21,496 bases of DNA from Octopus sinensis (lineage: Eukaryota): assembly GCF_006345805.1 (NCBI RefSeq), contig NW_021823701.1, positions 1-21,496 of the forward strand. The letters are read 5' to 3'. The position numbers were made by a program, and so were the translations under genes. A model generated the notes under the pieces. The model was not told the DNA's origin. It saw nothing but the letters and a program-made list of their open reading frames with translations, and did no database searches. Below, one piece after another: positions 1 through 9,662 of this stretch; position 1 is the first letter of the stretch; each line of letters opens with the position of its first letter.

Positions 1-1823
1 CGCTTGTCATCGAGAAACTGGTCGACAACACACAAACGTGCGCCGTGCCGGGCCGGAGCATCCATGACAACCTCCATCTGATGCGCTACATCATAGACAG
101 GGTAGTTAACGAACCTGGCATGGGTGGGGCCCTGATCAACTTGGATCAATCGAAAGCCTTTGATAGGGTAGACCATCGATACTTGGAGGCAGTCCTGAGA
201 GCGGCTGGTTTCGGTCCCGTCTTCCGCGGCTGGATAGCTGCCTTGTACAGAGGCATCCGTTCGGTAATTCGCGTAAATGGACATCTATCGAGACCTTTCG
301 ACATTGCACGTTCGGTCCGTCAGGGATGCCCCCTCTCGGCGCTTCTATACGTATTGACTCTTGAGCCACTACTGCGGAAGCTGGCGACTCTAAGGGGCAT
401 CCCGCGAGAATTGGGATGCGGGACGAGCGTGTCTGCATACGCGGACGACGTCACCGTCATAGTGTCAAGCCACGAGCACATCGAGCGGGTCGGCGAGACA
501 CTGAAAGACTACGAAGCGGTGACAGGAGCAAAAATCAACCGGGAAAAGTCAGTGGGCTTGCGGCTCGGAACCTGGAGAAGCAAGCCCATGCCGTCCACCA
601 GTACCTCCGTCGTGGGACGCTGGACAGACGGCCCGGTTGAGTTGCTCGGGGTCTGGTTCGGTCCGGACCTCCAAATGGCGAAGAACTGGAACGAGATAAC
701 GAGTAGGGTGGTCACTCTCGCCCAGCAATGGGCCGAGAGGAAACTGTCCCTAAAAGGTCGGGAGGAGGTGGTGAACGCGTACATCGCGTCCATCATCTAC
801 TACCGCCTCACAGTCGTACCTTGTCCCGACCCTACCATCACCAAACTAGAACGCATCCTCTTCCGCTTCTTGTGGAAAGGATGCGTCCCGATGGTCAGGC
901 GATCCATTTGCTGTCAACACCCGTTAAAAGGAGGGCTGGGCATGCCGTGGTTGATGATGCGCAGACACGCGCTGAGACTGTGACATCTCCGGCTCTATGT
1001 AGACGACGGTGAACAGGTGTGGTCGCCGTTTGTGAGGCACGCATTCCCGCAACTCGTCTCCATGACCGAACTACAGTCGTGGATCAAAATGAGGCCGAGG
1101 AAGGGCGAATGGCACCGCGAGTGTCGCGTTGCTCTCAAGCAACTCTGCCGTCCCGGGTCAACCTTGAGTGACTTCAACACAACCAAAGCATTCTATAGGG
1201 GATTAGTGGAGGGGAGGTACGACGACGAGCTCGGGGCAAACCTGGGCGTCGACGAGGAATACCTGACCCGCCTGTTTCAAACGACTTTCGGCCCGGGACC
1301 TATGGACAACTTCCAGAGATCCCTGGCCTGGCGGTGCTACCGAGAAGCGCTACCCGTTCGGGATAAGCTCTATAGGCATGGCTCGAGAAACACAGGGCCT
1401 ACCTGCCCGAGATGCGGGCAGAGCGACGAAACCGCTCTGCACGCAATCGTGCAGTGTCCAGCAATTTCCGACCTGTGGGCTTATGTCGAACGACTGCTGT
1501 CACGTGTGGGACGTGTCGGTTTATCAGCCGAGTCTATCGTTAATATCGTCACGCCTCCTTCTTTCAAACGGGAAGGAAGAGCTAATTTTATCATACTTGT
1601 GGCTATGGCGAAAGAATGTATCTGGTGGACGCGCCTGAAAGGATTGGAGACAAACACTTTCCTCTCTGGTCAATCTCTCATCAACTTCTTCAAGTATCAC
1701 TTGAAGAGGAAAGTGAGAGAAGAGAGGCAAGTTTTGTCTAGTGAATGTTTTAAAAAAAGATGGGTGAATGTAGGAAGGATGGCACGTATGAATGACGAAG
1801 CCACCTTGACTATGATTCTATGA
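1..1823 (+). pseudogene. Tx1 ORF2 (RT + zinc knuckle) with one in-frame stop at 981-983
   Basis: ORFs 45..983 and 1017..1823 share a frame. The TGA at 981-983 is CGA in copy 2 (gagactgcgacat). Confidence 0.9.
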
Positions 1824-2186
1824 ACCATAAAAATTAATACAGAGAGTTGCTTATTTGCAAAAAAAAAAAAAAAAGAAATATAACATGTGACTTCATTGAC
1901 CGAGGTTACCGTGGTCTTTTCCGTAGGCTTTTCTTTCCACTGGTAAACCTCACCTGTCCTCCCCTTTACACTTCATATTGACATTTCTGTGATAACGATC
2001 CCTATTATTCATTTTTTTCTCTCCCCCCTTTTTTTAACCCCTCCCCTTTTTTTTGTCCTTTTTCTTTCCTTTTACGATCCCTTTTGATCGAAAACCACCA
2101 CTCTCCTTTTTTTTACCCCCAAAAGAAAAGCTCTACCTTGTAATTTGTTCTATCTGTGTGCAGCCCTGTGTGGCTAATAAAGAAAC
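1..2186 (+). mobile_element. Tx1-group (L1 clade) non-LTR retrotransposon, copy 1; 5' part runs off the window
   Basis: RT motifs PGRSIHDNL, LDQSKAFDRVDH, VRQGCPLS, YADDVT; W..RKLSLKGR; C-terminal CPRC..ET..H...CP zinc knuckle. Pyrimidine-rich 3' UTR ending AATAAAGAAAC (2176-2186), homologous to 19224-21443. Confidence 0.93.
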
Positions 2187-2954
<768 letters not shown>

Positions 2955-2962
<8 letters not shown>

Positions 2963-3109
2963 GGGACTTATTCTTTGTGAGCCCAGTACTTATTCTATTG
3001 GTCTCTTTTGCCGAACCGCTAAGTGACAGGGACATAAACAACCAGCATCGGTTGTCAGGCAATGCTAGGGGGACAAACACAGACACACAAACACACACAC
3101 ACACATACA

Positions 3110-3112
<3 letters not shown>
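2955..3112 (-). mobile_element. SINE family A internal fragment, fused to the RTE 3' end
   Basis: Reverse complement matches 4265-4383 and the 94-bp array (cttagcggttcggcaaaagagacc..aataagtcccgggg). Confidence 0.85.

Positions 3113-3192
<80 letters not shown>
3113..3192. repeat. (TA)n followed by (GA)n microsatellite
   Basis: Direct reading. Confidence 0.95.
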
Positions 3193-3194
<2 letters not shown>

Positions 3195-3764
3195 AGTAAA
3201 TATATGGCCAACGAAGTACCGATATTTACTGGAAATAGCGAACGTAATAATACGACGCTATGTATAGCTTCACCGCGTATGTACTAGCAAAATGCGTGTG
3301 TGCAACAAACTAGAAAAAAATTGTCTTACCTCCAGGGAGAACATTTTTGCTATTACATACGCGGTGAAGCTATACATTAGCGTCGTATTATTACGTTCGC
3401 TATTCCAGTAAATATCGGTACTTCGTTGTGCCATATATTTACTTCTTTGTATATTTTTCCCTCACGGGCTATTCTTTACTGGAAAGCAATACTCTAGTAT
3501 TGCATTACTAATTTATTGAAACTTCTTCACCGTTCCCGTGCTGTTAGCGTTTCGGCGTTTCAGTCGAGTGTAATGGCATTAATGTGGTAACATCTGAAAG
3601 GTTGTCGTGGTATATGTTTGGCTGATGAAGATAGATCAAGTATATGTGGGCAGACATATCTTGAAAAATCTGAAACCTGCGCAGGTCCCACATTATCCTT
3701 TTCACCATCCTCGCAATTTTTTCTAGTTTGTTGCACACACGCATTTTTGCTAGTACATACGCGG
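3192..3764 (+). mobile_element. Hammerhead-bearing 400-bp repeat unit with a 5' inverted partial copy (Penelope-like pLTR or non-LTR retrozyme-like)
   Basis: 23-bp direct repeat at 3342-3364 and 3742-3764 (1 mismatch, period 400). 3192-3323 is the reverse complement of 3714-3764 joined to 3365-3446. Contains a hammerhead fold. Confidence 0.65.
3609..3697 (+). ncRNA. Type I hammerhead ribozyme; predicted cleavage after C3687 (GUC)
   Basis: CTGATGA 3622-3628; stem II AGAT/ATCT + TCAAG/CTTGA + ATATGT/ACATAT with loop GGGCAG; GAAA 3672-3675; stem III palindrome ACCTGCGCAGGT 3675-3686; GTC 3685-3687; stem I TGG/CCA + ATG/CAT plus further bulged pairs. Confidence 0.8.
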
Positions 3765-4181
3765 CAAAAGAGACCGATAGAATAAGTACTGGGCTTACAA
3801 AGAATAAGTCCCGGGGTCGATGCTGGTGTGTTTACGTCCCCGTCACCTAGCGGTTCGGCAAAAGAGACCGATAGAATAAGTACTGGACTTACAAAGAATA
3901 AGTCCCAGGGTCGATGCTGGTGTGTTTACGTCCCCGTCACCTAGCGGTTCGGCAAAAGAGACCGATAGAATAAGTACTGGGCTTACAAAGAATAAGTCCC
4001 AGGGGGGGATGTGGCTGGTGTGTTTACGTCCCCGTCACTTAGCGGTTCGGCAAAAGAGACCGATAGAATAAGTACTGGGCTAACAAAGAATAAGTCCCGG
4101 GGTCGATTTGCTCGACTAAAAAGGCGGTGCTCCAGCATGGCCGCAGTCAAATGACTGAAACAAGTAAAAGAGTAAAAGAGT
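3763..4181 (+). repeat. Four tandem copies of a SINE-A internal segment (periods 94, 94, 98); the last copy runs into the SINE 3' end
   Basis: ggcaaaagagacc starts at 3763, 3857, 3951, 4049. Ends ggcggtgctccagcatggccgcagtcaaatgactgaaacaagtaaaagagtaaaagag. Confidence 0.92.
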
Positions 4182-4196
4182 ATATATATATATATA

Positions 4197-4441
4197 AAGC
4201 CTTGTGAGTGGATTTGGTAGACGGAAACTGAAAGAAGCCTGTCGTATATATGTATATATATATATGTGTGTGTGTCTGTGTTTGTGTGTCTGTGTTTGTC
4301 CCCCCCTAGCGTTACTTAGCGGTTCGGCAAAGAGAGACCGATAGAATAAGTACTGGGCTTACAAAGAATAAGTCCCGGGGTCGATTTGCTCGGCTAAAGG
4401 CAGGCGGTGCTCCAGCATGGCCGCAGTGAAATGACTGAAAC
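4197..4441 (+). mobile_element. SINE family A, 5'-truncated with an internal deletion
   Basis: aagccttgtgagtggatttggtagacgg.., internal (TA)/(TG) tract, same core and 3' end as 4049-4181. Lacks the acaaccgatgctgg..cccc segment seen at 3030-3060. Confidence 0.85.
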
Positions 4442-4546
4442 GAATTTTTTTTTCATTAAAAAAATGGAATTGAAACAGTTTTACGTTTTTTATTGCTTTT
4501 TATTTATTTATTTTTTTATTTTTCGTTTTTTTGTTGTTTTTTGCAG

Positions 4547-4630
4547 TCGACTGCTCTCGATAAAGGGTCCAAGTACTTCCGGGGCCGCGGAGCCTTTACT
4601 GTGCACCCGAAACAGGACGAAGTCTTTTAA
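4547..4630 (+). CDS. Candidate terminal coding exon (STALDKGSKYFRGRGAFTVHPKQDEVF*)
   Basis: Long T-rich tract plus TGCAG acceptor (AG 4545-4546), GC-rich non-repeat 27-codon frame ending TAA. No homology recognised. Confidence 0.2.
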   Translation, partial: STALDKGSKYFRGRGAFTVHPKQDEVF

Positions 4631-4681
4631 GCTCCACCAATGTTCCTTCCACATCTACTTTTATTGAATTTTCATTGAAAC

Positions 4682-4682
<1 letters not shown>

Positions 4683-4727
<45 letters not shown>
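4683..4727. repeat. (CAA)n microsatellite
   Basis: Direct reading. Confidence 0.95.
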
Positions 4728-4796
4728 GAAGCACAAAGCTATTTGAATTCTCGGCGACTCCAGCAATAGCAAGAACACTAAAAAAAAAACTGCAGT

Positions 4797-5023
4797 GGAT
4801 GCGCAATGGCCCGGTGGTTAGGGCAGCGGACTCGTGGTCGGAGGATCGCGGTTTCGATTCCCAGACCGGGCGTTGTGTGTGTTTATTGAGCGAAAACGCC
4901 TAAAAGCTCCACGAGGCTCCGGCAGGGGTCGGTGGCGACCGACCCCTGTTGTACTCTTTCACCACAACTTTCTCTCGCTCTTACTTCCTGTTTCTGTTGT
5001 ACCTGTATTTCAAAGAGCCAGCC
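4797..5023 (+). mobile_element. tRNA-derived SINE family B, 3'-truncated (tail type 1)
   Basis: tRNA-like head with A box TGGCCCGGTGG and B box GGTTTCGATTCCC; resembles tRNA-Arg-derived octopus SINE heads. Confidence 0.85.
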
Positions 5024-5042
5024 TATATATATATACACATGT

Positions 5043-5255
5043 GGAGGCGCAATGGCCCAGTGGTTAGGGCAGCGGACTCGTGGTCGGAGGATCGCGGTTT
5101 TGATTCCCAGACCGGGCGTTGTGTGTGTTTATTGAGCGAATACGCCTAAAAGCTCCACGAGGCTCCGGCAGGGGGTGGTGGCGACGCCTGTTGTACTCAT
5201 TTGCCACAACTTTCTCTCACTCTTACTTCCTGTTTTGTTTGTACCTGTTGTACCG
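5043..5255 (+). mobile_element. SINE family B, 3'-truncated
   Basis: ggaggcgcaatggcccagtggttagggcagcgg head; A box 5053-5063. Confidence 0.85.
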
Positions 5256-5258
5256 GGA

Positions 5259-6077
5259 GTTGTGAGTGTTTATTGAGCGAAAACACCTAAAAGCTCCACG
5301 AGGCTCCGGCAGGGGTCGGTGGCGACCCCTGTTGTACTCTCTCACCACAACTTTCTCTCACTCTTTCTTCCTGTTCTGTTGTACTGTATTTCAAAGGGCC
5401 GGCCTTGTCACTCTCTGTGTCACGCTGAATATCCCCGAGAACTCCGTTAAGGGTGCACGTGTCTGTGGAGTGCTCAGCCACTTACACGTTAATTTCACGT
5501 GCAGGCTGTTCCGTTGATTCGGATCAACCGGAACTCTCATCGTCGTAACCGACGGAGTGCTCCTGCAGGGGATTGGGGGACCCCTGTTGTACTCTTTCAC
5601 CACAACTTTCTCTCACTACTTATTGTTTCTGTTGTACCTGTATTTCAAAGGGCCGGCCTTGTCACTCTCTGTGTCACGCTGAATATCCCCGAGAACTCCG
5701 TTAAGGGTGCACGTGTCTGTGGAGTGCTCAGCCACTTACACGTTAATTTCACGTGCAGGCTGTTCCGTTGATTCGGATCAACCGGAACTCTCATCGTCGT
5801 AACCGACGGAGTGCTCCTGCAGGGGATTGTGGGGACCCCTGTTGTACTCTTAAAACCACAACTTTCTCTCACTTCTTACTTCCTGTTTCTGTTGTACCTG
5901 TATTTCAAAGGGCCGGCCTTGTCACTCTCTGTGTCACGCTGAATATCCCCGAGAACTACGTTAAGGGTGCACGTGTCTGTGGAGTGCTCAGCCACTTACA
6001 CGTTAATTTCACGAGCAGGCTGTTCCGTTGATTCGGATCAAACGGAACCCTCGTCGTCGTAACCGACGGAGTGCTTC
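5259..6077 (+). repeat. SINE-B body plus tail type 1, tandemly triplicated (255-bp period)
   Basis: acccctgttgtac at 5325, 5580, 5835. Each unit ends in two stem-loops (gttccgttgat/atcaaccggaac region) and cggagtgct. Confidence 0.92.
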
Positions 6078-6078
6078 A

Positions 6079-6271
6079 ATTGAGCGAAAATGCCTAAAAG
6101 CTCTACGAGACTCCGGCAGGGGTCGGTGGCGACCCCTGTTGTACTCATTTGCCACAACTTTTTCTCACTCTCTCTTTCTGTTTCTTGGGTAACGCTGAGG
6201 GGAGGGGGAACACATACGCCACAGAAACCGGGAAACCGGGCCCACGAGCCCGGCTAGGCTTGAAAAGGGCG
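6079..6271 (+). mobile_element. SINE family B, headless, tail type 2
   Basis: Body as above, then tttcttgggtaacgc..gaaaccggg..ggctaggcttgaaaagggcg. Confidence 0.8.
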
Positions 6272-6283
6272 AAATTATTTTGT

Positions 6284-6555
6284 GGAGGCGCAATGGCCCA
6301 GTGGTTAGGGCAGCGGACTCGAGGTCGGAGGATCGCGGTTTCGATTCCCAGACCGGTCGTTGTGTGTTTATTGAGCGAAAACACCTAAAAGCTCCACGAG
6401 GCTCCGGCAGGGGTCGCTGGCGACCCCTGTTGTACTCTTTCTTCTGTTGGCCTGCTCGCCTAGCCAGCGGGGTGGCGTCATTCGAAGGCTTAAACAATGC
6501 GAAGGGCATTGTGACCAGCGATGTGTAACAACATCTGATAGCCTGGTCGATCACG

Positions 6556-6560
<5 letters not shown>
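6284..6560 (+). mobile_element. SINE family B, full head, tail type 3
   Basis: Head and body, then unrelated tail ttggcctgctcgcctagccagcgg..tgtgaccagcgatgtg..cacggtgat, followed by (AT)n. Confidence 0.8.
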
Positions 6561-6596
<36 letters not shown>

Positions 6597-6597
6597 T

Positions 6598-6886
6598 GAG
6601 GCGCAATGGCCCAGTGGTTAGGGCAGCGGATTCGTGGTCGGAGGATCGCGGTTTCGATTCCCAGACCGGGCGTTGTGTGTGTTTATTGAGCGAAAACACC
6701 TAAAAGCTCCACGAGGCTCCGGCAGGGGTCGGTGGCGACCCCCTGTTCTACTTTTTCGTCCCAACTTTCTCTCATACTTCTTCCTGTTTCTTGGGTAACG
6801 CAGAGGGGGTGGGGAACACATACGCCACAGAAACCGGGAAACCGGGCCCATGAGGGTTAGGGTTAGGCTAGGCTTGAAAAGGGCGC
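6598..6886 (+). mobile_element. SINE family B, apparently full length, tail type 2
   Basis: Head, body and the same tail as 6079-6271. Confidence 0.85.
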
Positions 6887-7064
6887 ACAATAAAATCAGC
6901 AGCAATTGCTATAACAACAACAGCAACAAATGCAAGAACAAGAATTAAGACGATGACAACAGCTTCAACAATAATAATTAAAATATTCATCATGGAAAGT
7001 GACAACGGAAGAGAGGACGAAAAAACATTGATTTTCCTTCCTTCTTTTATATATATTTTTTACT

Positions 7065-7735
7065 ACCCAGCGTCCAATTACTCCCACCACAACACTAATC
7101 TCAAAAAGTCTTCTTGTGAACGTGACCTGGGTATTATTGTCGACAGAGATTCGTGTTGGACAAAACACATTGCTAAAATTGCCAAGAAGGCTGAGGGTGT
7201 CTTGGCATCACTCACCAAGTCCTTTGTGAGCCGCTCTCCGACTATCTATCTGCGGCTTTATATAGCTATGGTAAGATCTCACCTGCAATTTGCATCACCG
7301 GTCTGGAACCCCTTTCTTGCCCAGGATATCAATCGTCTGGAAGCCGTTCAGCGATGTGCAACCAAAAGAATACCCTCCATCAGGAATTGCCATATTCTGA
7401 ACGCCTTACTTCCCTGGGCATGGATACATTGAAACTCCGACGTCTGGCAGCTGACTTGGCAGACACCCATAAAATTATTAACCATCTTAGAAACAATAAC
7501 TCTGAGCACCTTTTCAAACTCCACCCATCTAACACCCGTGGTCATATTTAGAAAGTCAGAAAACAGCACAGCTCCCATGACTTCAGGAAACATTTTTTCA
7601 CGCTGAGAGTTGCTGAAGCATGGAACAAACTGCCGGCATCAGTTGTTAGTTATCGGAGCACTGCATCCTTCAAAACTTCCATGCTTCCTGAGATTAGCCA
7701 ACACTACACCTGATTTTGTCCCTTCCATACACACG
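7065..7735 (+). mobile_element. CR1-group LINE, 5'-truncated 3' fragment (family 1)
   Basis: ERDLGIIVD, LYIAMVRSHLQFASPVWNP, LEAVQR.ATK, LPYSERL..L, RRL.ADL, TRGH, FF.LRV.EAWNKLP, SFK. Frameshift near 7390, stop at 7549-7551. Confidence 0.9.
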
Positions 7736-8455
7736 CTGAAGCATGGAACAAACTGCCGGCATCAGTTGTTAGTTGTCGGAGCACTGCATCCTTCAAAACT
7801 TCCATGCTTCCTGAGATTAGCCAACACTACACCTGATTTTCTCCGCTACATACACACGCTGAAGCATGGAACAAACTGCCGGCATCAGTTGTTAGTTGTC
7901 GGAGCACTGCATCCTTCAAAACTTCCATGCTTCCTGAGATTCGCCAACACTACACTTGATTTTCTCCCATCCATACACACGCTGAAGCATGGAACAAACT
8001 GCCGGCATCAGTTGTTAGTTGTCGGAGCACTGCATCCTTCAAAACTTCCATGCTTCCTGAGATTCACCAACACTACACTTCATTTTCTCCCATCCATACA
8101 CACAACAAGCATGGTACAAACTGCCGGCATCAGTGTTAGTTGTCGGAGCACTGCATCCTTCAAAACGTCCATGCTTCCTGAGATTCGCCAACTACACCTG
8201 ATCTTCCCCTCCATACACACACTGAGGCATGGAACAAACTGCCGGTATCAGTTGTTAGTTGTCGGAGCACTGCATCCTTCAAAACGTCCATGCTTCCTGA
8301 GATTCGCCAACACTACACCTGATCTTCTCCCCTCCATACACACACAAGCATGGAACAAACTGCCGGCATCAGTTTTTAGTTGTCGGAGCACTGCATCCTT
8401 CAAAACTTCCATGCTTCCTGAGATTCACCAACACTACACCTGATTTTCTCCATAC
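7613..8455 (+). repeat. Seven tandem copies of the CR1 3'-terminal ~123 bp
   Basis: gcatgg(a/t)acaaactg at 7618, 7741, 7864, 7987, 8109, 8227, 8348. Confidence 0.93.
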
Positions 8456-8456
8456 C

Positions 8457-8850
8457 CCCTAGACGACGCCGTGGTGATCTCATTCTTGCTCACAACATCA
8501 TAAGCGGAAAGTGTAACCTCTCGAAAGAGCTGTTCTTCACTCCTGATCCAGAGCGTAGGTTGCGGGGTCACTCCGAAAAGCTCTATCTGCGACGATCTCA
8601 TCTCAGTCGAAGGAGAGGGTCTTTCTCCGTCCGGGTTGCGGATCCGTGGAACAAGCTTCCGGACGAGATGGTGAAGATGCTGACGACCGCTCGGTTCAAA
8701 GTCTCCCTTGACCAGAAATGACCTGAACTCTTTACATGAACACCACCCTGTACATAACTCCATGTCCCCCCTACATGGCCTTGCTTTTTGCTTTTTGAGC
8801 CAAAAATGAACTAACTAACTAACTAATTAACTAACTAATTACTACTAACT
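8457..8850 (+). mobile_element. CR1-group LINE 3' fragment (family 2) with (ACTA)n tail
   Basis: RRRRGDLILAHNII..RLRGHSEKL..FSVRVADPWNKLP..FK.SLD; 3' UTR stem-loop ccatgt/acatgg; tail 8809-8850. Confidence 0.88.
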
Positions 8851-9087
8851 AGTTACAGCAACATGAGAAGCCCTAGGAACAACTACCACCAAGACAATAC
8901 CATGATAGTACCAGTACTGCAACCAATACAACAACAAACACTAACAAGATTCCCGGATTTACTGATTTGTTTTATTGTTAATTAAAATGAATTTTTTTCT
9001 AATTCAATAAAACAATTTTTTACTAGAAAATGTTTTTCTTGGTTTTTTTTTTTTTTTTTTACTTATTTCTGTGTAGCAATAAAGTAC

Positions 9088-9631
9088 ATTACGGAGATGT
9101 ACTTGCATAGCAAGTGACCTGGTCTGAGATCGTGTGCTGGAACGAAAATAATTGCAGCGTGGAAGGTGTTTATAAGCGATTTAAGAAACTCACATCTGTC
9201 CCTTAGCCTTATACTCTATCTCTCTCACTACTTTTCTTCTCTCCGCCCCTCATCCCCTCTTACTGCCAATACCCTCTCTATCTGCTATAAGATTCCTTAC
9301 TCTATCTCTATCGCCTGCTACCTATCACCCTCTCATGACAGCTCTACCATACTCTGCCTGTCCTTCTCTTCAAGGGGTGTTTAGAACGACCTCTAATTCA
9401 CCCGAAAGGGGTCGCAGAACCGATCAATCCACCTGAATCTGACAGGACAATGTAGGTCGCCGTTTGAAAGCGACGAAAAGATTTGAACAAATTCAATTGA
9501 AATGTTGAAGTGAATCTAACGGTTTTTGTGTGTTTCTTAAATCGCTTATAAACACCTTCCACGCTGCAATTGTTTTCGTTCCAGCACACGATCTCAGATC
9601 AAGTCACTTGCTATGCAAGTACATCTCCGTA

Positions 9632-9662
<31 letters not shown>

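Noticed and set aside
3544-3744. 66-aa ORF antisense to the hammerhead unit
   Set aside because: No recognisable motif; length is compatible with chance.
3342-3764. Second hammerhead on the minus strand (viroid-like ambisense pair)
   Set aside because: No CTGANGA on the minus strand of the unit; other ribozyme classes could not be excluded by eye.
4543-4554. 12-bp palindrome GCAGTCGACTGC
   Set aside because: Isolated; no ribozyme or element context.
4797-6680. tRNA genes
   Set aside because: A and B boxes are present, but each head continues into SINE body sequence and no clean cloverleaf is evident.
7610-8443. 277-aa repeat protein ORF
   Set aside because: Off-frame read-through of a 123-bp (multiple of 3) tandem of a CR1 3' end; no independent coding evidence.
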